DNA from: Candidatus Azophilus lithoversatilis | Lineage (GTDB): Bacteria > Pseudomonadota > Gammaproteobacteria > Pseudomonadales > Azotimanducaceae | DNA length: 64,000 bases | Direction of reading: 5' to 3' | Assembly (NCBI GenBank): GCA_028278675.1 | Contig: JAQAJJ010000027.1 | Span: forward strand, 4,986 to 68,985 | Made by a program: the position numbers and the translations under genes | The notes under the pieces: model-generated | Told to the model about the DNA's origin: nothing | The model's input: only the letters and a program-made list of their open reading frames with translations | Database searches by the model: none | Shown here: positions 7,546 to 17,358 of the stretch, piece by piece | Position numbering within the stretch: the first letter of the stretch is position 1 | Layout: the number at the start of each line of letters is the position of its first letter

Positions 7546-8013
7546 TCAAGCGCGGGCATCGCGGATCATGCACAGAATCCACAGCGCGGCACCGCAGGTC
7601 AACGCGGCATCGGCCAGATTGAAGGCTGGGAAGTACCACGACCCGTAGTGCAACAGGACGAAGTCCACAACGTAGCCGTTGGTCAGACGGTCGATCATGT
7701 TGCCCAGCGCACCGCCCAGGATCAGTCCGTAGGCCAGGCCCTGGGGCCAATCGCCAATTCTCAACCGCCGTAGTTCATAGACGATGAAGATCGAGAAGCC
7801 GCTAGCCAGGGCAACAAAGAACCAACGTTGCCAACCGCCAAGCCCCGACATGATCGAAAACGCGGCGCCGTCGTTGTGCCAAAGCACCCAACTGAAGAAG
7901 GGCAGTACGGCAACCCGTTCACCAAGGGCGAGCTCGGCGCTCGCCAGCCACTTCGTGCCTTGGTCGAAGGCCATCACCGCGGCAGCGACGGCCAGCCACT
8001 TGAATGGTTTCAT
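7546..8013 (-). CDS. lspA: Lipoprotein signal peptidase (signal peptidase II)
   Basis: 155 aa membrane protein with LspA motifs GGALGNMIDRL and FPAFNLADAALTCGA. Confidence 0.9.
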   Translation of the reverse strand: MKPFKWLAVAAAVMAFDQGTKWLASAELALGERVAVLPFFSWVLWHNDGAAFSIMSGLGGWQRWFFVALASGFSIFIVYELRRLRIGDWPQGLAYGLILGGALGNMIDRLTNGYVVDFVLLHYGSWYFPAFNLADAALTCGAALWILCMIRDARA

Positions 8014-8044
8014 GGTTTGCTCGCCAAGGTCGACGCCAGCGGCA

Positions 8045-8986
8045 TCAGCGGCCTGCCGAATGGCCGTAGCGGAACCAAGCGCGCGCCGCTTCGACGTCGT
8101 AGCCGATTTGCGCCTTGAGGGCCCCGATGGACTCGAAGGCGCGCTCGTCGCGGATCTTGTGCTTGAAGGTCACCGAAAGCAGCCGTCCGTATATGTCCTC
8201 ATCGAAGTCAAAGACATGGACCTCCAGCAGAGGCTCCTTGCCGTCCACCGTAGGACGAATGCCGATGTTCGCGATGCCTTGGCAGGGGCGGTCAAGGCCC
8301 GCATCCACCGTCACGGCAAAGACCCCCTCCAGTGCCGCCCGGTAGCGCTGCAGGCGGATGTTGGCCGTAGGCACCCCCAATTGGCGACCGAGTTGGCGAC
8401 CGTACACTACCCGGCCCATGATGAAGTAGGGATGGCCAAGCAGCTTTTCCGCCAAGCGCAAATCGCCCTCCGACAGCGCTTGGCGCACCCGACTGCTGGA
8501 CACCCGGTCGTGCCCCAAAGTAAGGGTGCCGAGGTGGCTGACTTCGTAACCGAGCCGATCGCCGGCTTCCTTGAGCATGGCATAGTCGCCGGTTCGGCCC
8601 TTGCCGAAGCGAAAATCGTCGCCCACCACGACATAGACGGCGTCAAGCAGGCCGTGCAGGAAGTCATCCGCCACCCACTCGGCGGGCGCGTTGCTGGTGC
8701 GGGCGTTGAACGGCAGGCAGAGCACCCGGTCGAGTCCGGTACGCCTGAGCAGGGTGATCTTTTCCCGAAAGCGGGTCAGACGGGCGGGCACCGCCGCCTT
8801 GAAAAACTCCCTGGGCGTCGGTTCGAAGGTCACCAAGGTGCTGGCGACGTCGATTTCACGGGCCTTGGCGCAGACGTGGGAGAGCAGCATCTGATGGGCC
8901 TGATGAACGCCATCGAAGCTGCCGATCGTGACGACGCCGCCCCGGTGGCGGGGCTCGAGATTGTGCAGGCCGATGACGACTTCCAT
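8045..8986 (-). CDS. ribF: Bifunctional riboflavin kinase / FMN adenylyltransferase
   Basis: 313 aa. N-terminal FAD-synthetase motif VVTIGSFDGVHQAHQ; C-terminal riboflavin-kinase region LGVPTANIRL...EVHVFDFDEDIYG. Confidence 0.92.
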   Translation of the reverse strand: MEVVIGLHNLEPRHRGGVVTIGSFDGVHQAHQMLLSHVCAKAREIDVASTLVTFEPTPREFFKAAVPARLTRFREKITLLRRTGLDRVLCLPFNARTSNAPAEWVADDFLHGLLDAVYVVVGDDFRFGKGRTGDYAMLKEAGDRLGYEVSHLGTLTLGHDRVSSSRVRQALSEGDLRLAEKLLGHPYFIMGRVVYGRQLGRQLGVPTANIRLQRYRAALEGVFAVTVDAGLDRPCQGIANIGIRPTVDGKEPLLEVHVFDFDEDIYGRLLSVTFKHKIRDERAFESIGALKAQIGYDVEAARAWFRYGHSAGR

Positions 8987-9035
8987 GACTGAACGGGGGA
9001 CGGCCTATCAGCCGACCGCTCGTGCCTTCGTCTTC

Positions 9036-9170
9036 AGTGGCGCAGCATGCTGCGGCGAGCTAAGGGCTTCCATGGAACAAATGGAGACGACCTCGCGGCT
9101 GGACGGTTGTTCCTTCGGCGTCGGCGGCGTGCCGTTCTGGGGCAAGCTAAGGGCTTCCATCGGACAATCA
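9036..9170 (+). repeat. 87-bp structured intergenic repeat family, locus A (one full unit 9071-9157 flanked by partial units)
   Basis: CATGGAACAAATGGAGACGACCTCGCGGCTGGACGGTTGTTCCTTCGGCGTCGGCGGCGTGCCGTTCTGGGGCAAGCTAAGGGCTTC matches the units at 36850-37085 and, in reverse complement, at 22104-22354. It lies between the murJ stop and the ribF start. Confidence 0.85.
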
Positions 9171-9218
9171 TAGCCTAATCCCCGCCAGACGACGCCGTTG
9201 CTTGCCGGATGGCGCCGA

Positions 9219-10787
9219 TCAAATGCGATGCTGCAGCTGCGCCATACGCAACCCGCTGACCCATAGGGCCGCAGCATAAGTGAGGCCGCCAGCTACCACC
9301 AAGCCCGCCAGCCAAAGGACTCGATGCAAGGCGGGCACAGCGAACCAAAACTCGGCGCTCGGCGACAGCGCCGCCAAAATCCCGCCCATCAGCGCACTGG
9401 CGGCGAGCGACCGGGCGCCGGTGCGGGCCAAGGCGGGCGTCGCCTGGTAGTAGCCCGCCCGATGCACCCCACGCCACAACAGCCAGAAATGCAGCCAACC
9501 GGCCGCGGCCGTCGCCAGGGCCAGCCCCACATGGCCAAACCACCAGAAGAGGGAAAGGTTGAGCACCACGTTGACGGCGATGGCGGTCAGGGCAAACTTC
9601 AAAGGCGTGCGGGTGTCCTTGTCCGCGAAGAACGCTGGGGCAAGTATCTTGACCAGTACCAGCGGCAGGGCGCCGCAGGCGAAGGCGCGCAGGGCGAGTG
9701 AGGCCATGGCGGCGTCAACGGCGGTCATCTCGCCATGCAGGAAGATGGTGGCAATCAGCGGCTCCGCCAACAGTGCCAAGGCCATCGACGCCGGCAGCCC
9801 CAACAGAACCCCCATGCGCAGACCCCAATCCAACGTCCGGCTGAACGCCACTCGCTCATCTTGGCCCGCCAGTTTCGACAGACTCGGCAGCAGCACCGTG
9901 CCCAAGGCCACCGCCACCAAGCCAATGGGCAATTCCAGCAGGCGATCCGCATAGTACAGCCAAGCGATGCTGCCCGTGAGCAGCATGGACGCCAGAATGG
10001 TGTCGATCAGGGCGTTCAACTGTCCGGCAGAGGACGCCACCAGGGCCGGAACCAACAATCGGCCCACGTCCCGGGCGCCCTCGTGCCGAACGCTCAACCG
10101 GGGCGCCGCGGCAACACCGAGACGGGCCACATTCGGCGCCAGAAAGCCCAATTGCACAAGACCGGCGGCCAACACACCCCAAGCAAGCGCGGGAGCCACG
10201 CCCGAGCCGGCGAAGGCGGCAAGAGTCATGGCCAGCATCAGGCAGAGATTCAGCAGCACCGGCGTGAAGGCCGCCGCCGCATAGCGCCCGTGGGCGTTGA
10301 GGATGGCGGCGGCGAAGGCGGTGAGGGAAATGAACCCCAAGTAGGGGAAGGTGACGCGCAACAAATCCGCCGTCAGGCTCAACTGGTCAGGGTCGCGCCA
10401 AAATCCAGGCGCAAAGACCAGCGTCAAGCCTTCGGCAAATAAAACGCCGAGAATGACAACCAGCGCCAGCACCAATCCGAGGTTTCCGCCGATTACGGCA
10501 ACGAAGCCCTTGAGTTCGTCCAGACCAAGAGCGCGATAGCGCGCCAGAATCGGGACAAAGGCTTGGTTGAAGGCCCCTTCCGCAAACAGGCGGCGGAAAA
10601 AGTTGGGGATTCGGAAGGCAACCAGAAAGGCGTCGGCGGCGCCGCTGGCTCCCAAGAAGTGCGACAGCAGCAAGTCACGGGCAAAGCCGGAGATGCGCGA
10701 CAGCAGCGTCATGCCGCTCACCACGGCACCCTGCGCGGTGACGCTGACCGTTTCGGACGCCGCGTCAGCGTTGCTATCGGTTGACAT
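9219..10787 (-). CDS. murJ: Lipid II flippase MurJ (MviN)
   Basis: 522 aa polytopic membrane protein with the MurJ N-terminal signature LSRISGFARDLLLSHFLGASGAADAFLVAFRIPNFFRRLFAEGAFNQAFVPIL. It is divergent from rpsT, as in many gammaproteobacteria. Confidence 0.92.
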   Translation of the reverse strand: MSTDSNADAASETVSVTAQGAVVSGMTLLSRISGFARDLLLSHFLGASGAADAFLVAFRIPNFFRRLFAEGAFNQAFVPILARYRALGLDELKGFVAVIGGNLGLVLALVVILGVLFAEGLTLVFAPGFWRDPDQLSLTADLLRVTFPYLGFISLTAFAAAILNAHGRYAAAAFTPVLLNLCLMLAMTLAAFAGSGVAPALAWGVLAAGLVQLGFLAPNVARLGVAAAPRLSVRHEGARDVGRLLVPALVASSAGQLNALIDTILASMLLTGSIAWLYYADRLLELPIGLVAVALGTVLLPSLSKLAGQDERVAFSRTLDWGLRMGVLLGLPASMALALLAEPLIATIFLHGEMTAVDAAMASLALRAFACGALPLVLVKILAPAFFADKDTRTPLKFALTAIAVNVVLNLSLFWWFGHVGLALATAAAGWLHFWLLWRGVHRAGYYQATPALARTGARSLAASALMGGILAALSPSAEFWFAVPALHRVLWLAGLVVAGGLTYAAALWVSGLRMAQLQHRI

Positions 10788-10847
10788 GGCCCATCCTCAT
10801 CGGCATATTAGCGCGCCTTCCAAAGCCCCACCCTAAAGGAGCTTCCA

Positions 10848-11129
10848 TTGGCCAACAGTCCGCAGTCCCGAAAGCGCGCCCGACAGGCGGAAACCCGCCG
10901 TCGGCACAACGCCAGCCAACGCTCCACGGTGCGCACCACCATCAAGAAGGTGCGGACCGCGATCGCCGGTGGCGACGCCAAGGCGGCCTCGGAGGCGCTG
11001 GATGCGGCGGTGCCCGTCATCGATCGCATGGCCAACCGCGGCATCATGCACCCGAACCAGGCCGCCCGCCACAAGTCCCGATTGAGCGCTGGCATCCGCA
11101 ACATCACGGGCAATCAGAGTTCGGACTGA
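10848..11129 (+). CDS. rpsT: 30S ribosomal protein S20
   Basis: 93 aa; MANSPQSRKRARQAETRRRHNASQRSTVRTTIKKV is the S20 signature. Confidence 0.95.
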   Translation: MANSPQSRKRARQAETRRRHNASQRSTVRTTIKKVRTAIAGGDAKAASEALDAAVPVIDRMANRGIMHPNQAARHKSRLSAGIRNITGNQSSD

Positions 11130-11154
11130 TCCGCAACGCCGGTCTGACCGCTGG

Positions 11155-12312
11155 TCAGACCAAAACCAAATTGTCCCGATGCATCAGTTCCGGCTCCAGG
11201 ACGTAGCCTAGCCGTGACTGAATGTCGCTGCTGGCGGCGCCGCAAATCCTAAGGGTCTCGGCGCTGGAGTAGTTCACCAATCCCTGAGCGATGAGTTCGC
11301 CTGCGGCATTGACGCAGCGAACCAAGGCGCCCCGGCTGAATTCGCCGCGAACCGCCGCCACGCCCACCGGCAGCAGGCTCACGCCCCGCTCGCGCAGCGC
11401 CCTGGCGGCACCCGCGTCGAGCACCAACTCCCCCTTGGGCCGCTGCTGTCCGGCAATCCAACGCTTGCGGGCCAAGAGCGGCTCGACGCCCGCCGCCAGT
11501 AGGGTGCCCACGGACCGACCGGCAAAGGCGTCGCCGAGCACACCCCGGCGACGGCCATCGACGATCAGGGTATGGGCACCGGAGCGCGCCGCAATTCGGG
11601 CTGCCTCTATCTTGGTTACCATGCCCCCCCGACCGAGTTCCCCTCCCGAACCCGCGCCCGCATCCAGACTTGGGTCGCCGGCCTCGGCATAGCTGATGCG
11701 CCCCGCCTGTGGGTGCGTGCGCGGGTCCGCACTGTGGACGCCATCCACATCGGTGAGCACAATCAAGGCATCCGCCGCCAACAGGCTTGCCACCAACGCC
11801 GCCAAGGTGTCGTTATCACCAAAACGGATCTCGTCATTGGCCACGGTGTCATTCTCGTTGACCACGGGCACGGCGCCCAATTCGAGCAAACGGTTCAAGG
11901 TAGTTCGGGCATTGAGGTAGCGGCGGCGGTCAGCCAAGTCCTCATGGGTCAGGAGCACAAGGGCGGTGTGCCGGCCATGTTCTGCGAAGGCGCCCTCGTA
12001 GGCGCCTACCAAGCCCATTTGCCCTACCGATGCTGCGGCCTGCAGGTTGGGCAGGTCGGACGGCGGACGGCGCCATCCCAAGCGGGCCACCCCTTCCGCA
12101 ACGGCGCCCGAGGAGACCAGCAGCACCCGCCGTCCCCGGTCCAACTCAGCAACGATTTCGCCACACCAATGACGGATGTTGCCATGCGCCGTGCCCGATT
12201 CGGGGTCCGTCAGCAGCGAACTGCCGATCTTGATCACCGTCAGGCCCGCGACGGCAATCTTGCGCCGCGCCGCACGCTCGGCAACCGCTACACTCTCATC
12301 CGAACCGGCCAT
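11155..12312 (-). CDS. proB: Glutamate 5-kinase
   Basis: Amino-acid kinase N-terminus (VIKIGSSLLT) plus a C-terminal PUA-like domain. I prefer ATG 12312, 2 nt after the obg stop, over the track start 12333. Confidence 0.9.
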   Translation of the reverse strand: MAGSDESVAVAERAARRKIAVAGLTVIKIGSSLLTDPESGTAHGNIRHWCGEIVAELDRGRRVLLVSSGAVAEGVARLGWRRPPSDLPNLQAAASVGQMGLVGAYEGAFAEHGRHTALVLLTHEDLADRRRYLNARTTLNRLLELGAVPVVNENDTVANDEIRFGDNDTLAALVASLLAADALIVLTDVDGVHSADPRTHPQAGRISYAEAGDPSLDAGAGSGGELGRGGMVTKIEAARIAARSGAHTLIVDGRRRGVLGDAFAGRSVGTLLAAGVEPLLARKRWIAGQQRPKGELVLDAGAARALRERGVSLLPVGVAAVRGEFSRGALVRCVNAAGELIAQGLVNYSSAETLRICGAASSDIQSRLGYVLEPELMHRDNLVLV

Positions 12313-12314
12313 AA

Positions 12315-13821
<1,507 letters not shown>

Positions 13822-13857
13822 GACTGTGCCTCCTATCCTCTGTACGCCGAAACCCGA

Positions 13858-14181
13858 CTAGGCGGCCGAGGCCGCTTCGATGCCTGTGACTCGGACCTCG
13901 GTGTAGGCTTGGCGATGGCCCTGATGCCGCATGTAGCCCTTGCGACGCTTGAACTTGATGACGCGGATTTTCTTGCCGCGGCCTTGGGCAACCACCTCGG
14001 CGGTGACTCGGCCACCGTCCAACAGCGGCTGGCCGACTTGAACGCCGCTCTCGCCGCCAATCATCAGCACCTGATCGAAAACCACTTCGTCGCCCAGTCC
14101 GGCATCAAGACGCTCAAGTCGAAGCCTTTCACCCTCCGTAACCCGATGCTGCTTGCCGCCGCTCTTGAAAACCGCAAACAT
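13858..14181 (-). CDS. rplU: 50S ribosomal protein L21
   Basis: MFAVFKSGGKQHRVTEGERLRLERL... (107 aa), from ATG 14181 inside track ORF 13858..14304. Confidence 0.93.
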   Translation of the reverse strand: MFAVFKSGGKQHRVTEGERLRLERLDAGLGDEVVFDQVLMIGGESGVQVGQPLLDGGRVTAEVVAQGRGKKIRVIKFKRRKGYMRHQGHRQAYTEVRVTGIEAASAA

Positions 14182-14400
14182 TTTCCCACTCCGCTCGTGT
14201 CGGCGCTTGTGTAAAATAGCCCAATTGGCACCGACCCGCTCCTGCACTCGTGGATACGGCATGCCAACGGCCCGGCAATGAACGCCTTGTTCCTTTGTTG
14301 CCATGGGCTTGCCGCGTCACGGCAAGCCGCTGGCCCGAAAGGCCGCATATTCTAGAGGCGAAGACATGGAATTACAACGAGACGGGGTGGTGCGGCGGCA

Positions 14401-15438
14401 ATGGCGCTAAGCAGTTCCGCCGCTGCGGCGCCGCTGAACGATCGCCCTGCGCGACCGCAGGCGGGCACCAATGCGCTAACGCCTGTTTTGGCCTTGATCG
14501 AGGACGACTTCGTGGCGGTCAACTGCCTGATCGCGAGCCAGTTGACCTCAAAAGCTGCCCTAGTGGAGGAAATCGGCCACTACCTCATCGAATCCGGCGG
14601 CAAGCGGCTGCGGCCAGCGCTGGTGCTGCTCGCCGCACGCTGCTGCGAGTACGATGGCAAGCGCCACATCGCCTTGGCCACCATCATCGAGTACCTGCAC
14701 ACGGCCACCCTGCTGCACGATGACGTGGTTGACCGCTCCAAGCTGCGGCGTGGGCGGCTGACGGCCAACTCGCTGTGGGGCAACGCACCCTCGGTGCTAG
14801 TGGGCGATTTCCTCTATTCGCGCGCCTTTCAACTCATGGTCGAGCTGGACAACAAGGCTGTGCTGTCGATTCTGGCCGACGCGACCAATCTGATCGCCCA
14901 AGGGGAGGTCATGCAATTTTCCGATGTCGGCAACCTCAGCATCACCGAGGAGCGCTACATGGAGGTCATCCGCTGCAAGTCCGCCCTGCTCTTTCAAGCA
15001 GCCGCGCAAAGCGGCGCCGTGCTGGGCGGAGGCAACCCCGAGCAGGTGGCGGCGCTGCGCAACTTCGGCTTGGAGTTCGGTATGGCCTATCAACTCGTGG
15101 ACGACTGGCTCGACTATGCGGGCGACACTAAGTCCATGGGCAAGAACGCCGGCGACGACTTGGCCGAGGGCAAGCTCACGCTGCCCCTTATTTTCACGCT
15201 CGCCAGTGGCGCAAACGCCCAAGTCGATTTGGTGCGCGAAAGTCTAATCACCCGCTCGGCCGCCCAACTAGGGGATGTGCTCGGCGTGGTCAAGGCTTGC
15301 GGTGCGCTCGACTACACCCGCGCCACCGCCTTGCGGCACAGCCAGCGCGCGATGCAATGTCTGGACGCCCTGCCGAGCAACGAATACCGCGAGGCTCTTC
15401 GAGCATTCACGGAGTTCGCCCAAGAGCGGATGGCTTAA
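14401..15438 (+). CDS. ispB: Octaprenyl-diphosphate (polyprenyl) synthase
   Basis: Both aspartate-rich motifs are present (ATLLHDDVVD and YQLVDDWLD), plus GGKRLRP. It is divergent from rplU-rpmA, the conserved gammaproteobacterial arrangement. The N-terminus may be ~20 codons shorter. Confidence 0.9.
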   Translation: MALSSSAAAAPLNDRPARPQAGTNALTPVLALIEDDFVAVNCLIASQLTSKAALVEEIGHYLIESGGKRLRPALVLLAARCCEYDGKRHIALATIIEYLHTATLLHDDVVDRSKLRRGRLTANSLWGNAPSVLVGDFLYSRAFQLMVELDNKAVLSILADATNLIAQGEVMQFSDVGNLSITEERYMEVIRCKSALLFQAAAQSGAVLGGGNPEQVAALRNFGLEFGMAYQLVDDWLDYAGDTKSMGKNAGDDLAEGKLTLPLIFTLASGANAQVDLVRESLITRSAAQLGDVLGVVKACGALDYTRATALRHSQRAMQCLDALPSNEYREALRAFTEFAQERMA

Positions 15439-15444
15439 GGTCCC

Positions 15445-16062
15445 CTACAGCGCGATCGATAGCGACGTGCCGGTCACATAGCCTTGGGGCCGGGCCAGCA
15501 GGCGCGCCAGCAAGGTCATGAGGCTAGCCGAGGGTTCGCGGTTTGGCTGGCCCGAAACATGGACCGAGTTGGCGATCAGCGGCGGCTGCAGCGGCCCCCC
15601 TTCCGAGGCCGCGACCAAGGTCATCTGCCGCAACGATCCGTTGCGGATATCGGCGGCGAGAGCGGCCTCTTCACCCGCAGCCGACGCCCCGGCCAAGGTC
15701 ACCACATCCGTTGCCGCCTTAGTGCGCAGGCGTTTGGCGAGCTTTAGGTGGAAATGATAACCGGCGATGCTTTCCTCAATGAAATCAGCCATCTGCTCGC
15801 CCTCCCGCAGATCACGCCCCACAAAGACGATGGCATCGGCGCGGCTAACGGCAGCCGCCACCCGATCGAGCGCCGCGGCGACTAGGACCTCCTTGCTGAG
15901 ATCAGCGACGCCGAGTTCGACCGCGCCGTCCGAGCCAACGTTGACGACCCGCGCACCCAAGGCCACAAGGCAGGCTTCCGCCTGATCCCGGAGCCCCCCG
16001 ACCTCGCCCGCCAAGACGACGGTGCGGCCACGAAGAGCGTCAGCTGGCGAGGAATCCGCCAT
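15445..16062 (-). CDS. Rossmann-fold protein related to SDRs but with degenerate cofactor/catalytic motifs
   Basis: 205 aa. GRTVVLAGEVGGL sits where the TGxxxGxG motif would be, and I could find no clear YxxxK. It overlaps the upstream SDR gene by 23 nt, suggesting co-translation. Confidence 0.5.
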   Translation of the reverse strand: MADSSPADALRGRTVVLAGEVGGLRDQAEACLVALGARVVNVGSDGAVELGVADLSKEVLVAAALDRVAAAVSRADAIVFVGRDLREGEQMADFIEESIAGYHFHLKLAKRLRTKAATDVVTLAGASAAGEEAALAADIRNGSLRQMTLVAASEGGPLQPPLIANSVHVSGQPNREPSASLMTLLARLLARPQGYVTGTSLSIAL

Positions 16063-16819
16063 CGGCCAGCACCTCCCGGTCTTCGAGTCGAATGGCTGGG
16101 TCGAGCATCAGCAGCAGCGTTTCACCGATTTCCTCGGGTTCGGCCCAGCGCCGCAGCGCAATGGTATCGGCGAGCTGATTGACGAGCGGCGAATCGCGAC
16201 CAATGGCCTTGTCCACTTGCGGCGTCATCGTATATCCCGGCAGCAGGCTCTTGACCTGCACCGAGTGCGTCTGCCCGGCGAGCATCCGCTCATAGGCCCT
16301 GTTGAGACCGGCCATGCCCCCCTTCGTGGCGCAGTAGGCGCTCGCGCCATCCTGGCCGGTGCGGCTCAATATCGAGGAGATGTTAACGGCCATGCCGGGG
16401 AAGCCGCGCTCGCCGTAGGACTCGGCAATGAGCGGCAAGCAGTGCTTGAGGCCGTAGTAGGCGCCGATCAGGTTGACCCGAACCAGCAACATCAGGGTCT
16501 CAGCAGGGGTTTCCTCGATTGGGCTCAAATGGGAAATGCCCGCGTTGTTGACCAGGAAGTCGAGGCGCCCAAAGCGTTCCAGGGTCTCGCCGGTGATGCG
16601 TTCCCAATCGGCCTCGGCACCAACGTCCTGGGGCATGTACGCCACGCTTAGGCCCAAGCCGACGAACTCCGCTTCGGCCTGCCTGCCATCGGCTTCGGTG
16701 CGGGCAGTAATGACCACCCGCACGCCGGCGCGCCCCAGTGCCAAGGCGCATCCGTAACCGATCCCGGTGCTGCCGCCGGTGACAATGGCGACACAGCCGC
16801 GCAGGCGGTTCCCGGTCAT
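16040..16819 (-). CDS. SDR-family oxidoreductase
   Basis: From ATG 16819: MTGNRLRGCVAIVTGGSTGIGYG (TGxxxGxG) and SAYCATKGG (YxxxK). The track start 16924 would overlap the upstream gene. Confidence 0.88.
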   Translation of the reverse strand: MTGNRLRGCVAIVTGGSTGIGYGCALALGRAGVRVVITARTEADGRQAEAEFVGLGLSVAYMPQDVGAEADWERITGETLERFGRLDFLVNNAGISHLSPIEETPAETLMLLVRVNLIGAYYGLKHCLPLIAESYGERGFPGMAVNISSILSRTGQDGASAYCATKGGMAGLNRAYERMLAGQTHSVQVKSLLPGYTMTPQVDKAIGRDSPLVNQLADTIALRRWAEPEEIGETLLLMLDPAIRLEDREVLADGGFLAS

Positions 16820-16826
16820 CGCCTCG

Positions 16827-17171
16827 TTAGCCGAACACTTCCGTGAAAAGCGTTTCGCTGAAGCCCACCAGCAGGGTTTTGCCAACCACCATCGTCGGTG
16901 CGCGCAGGTTGCCCGTCGTGCCAAGCACGGTCGCTACCGCTTCTTCTGATGTCACGTTCGCGCCGCTGAACTCGCTGAGTTTCCGACCTTTGGCGACGGC
17001 CACCCGGCTGGCTTTCTTCAACAGATCCAAAGCGTCGCCACGCTGCAGCTTGCGGCTGGCCGGAACGGTCTCGGCCACTTCGATGCCTCTGGCCTCCAGA
17101 AACTTGGAGGCTCGTCCGCAGCTGGTTCAGCCGCCGCGGTAGTAGTACCAATCAACAGTAGGTGAGGTCAT
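16827..17171 (-). CDS. ArsC/Spx/YffB-family thioredoxin-fold protein with an in-frame TGA (17129-17127) at the first Cys of the CxxC motif; candidate selenoprotein (alternatively a pseudogene)
   Basis: Track ORF 16827..17078 (83 aa, GTG start) lacks an active site. The same frame continues upstream as ATG(17171) MTSPTVDWYYYRGG-TGA-TSCGRASKFLEARGIE, joined directly to that ORF. The total is 114 codons, typical for the family. U-T-S-C-G-R-A parallels the C-T-S-C-R-K-A of Spx. Confidence 0.55.
17092..17111 (-). promoter_or_regulatory. SECIS-like hairpin GCCUCCA-AGUUUC-UGGAGGC starting 15 nt after the in-frame UGA
   Basis: A 7-bp perfect stem with a 6-nt loop containing GU, read on the minus strand. 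Spacing and shape fall within what is described for bacterial SECIS elements (recalled, not computed). Confidence 0.4.
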
Positions 17172-17358
17172 TGGTTTCTCCCATTTGGTTGGAGTAGTTT
17201 CCAGATCAGGCCCGGTCTTGGCAACCCGCGAACCTTGGCCCTTGGGGGCCAAGATTCGTTTGGAGTTTCGCTATTGCGAAACTCCGCGCCCGTTGAGTAC
17301 CGGACGCTTCCATATGGTTCTGAGCCCGCACAGCCGTCCCAGCCATCGGCGATCATGG

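Noticed and set aside
11141-11161. Hairpin GGTCTGACC-GCT-GGTCAGACC between the convergent rpsT and proB genes, as a rho-independent terminator
   Set aside because: A perfect 9-bp stem is present, but no U-tract follows it on either strand, and the proB stop codon lies inside the stem. It is at best a non-canonical terminator.
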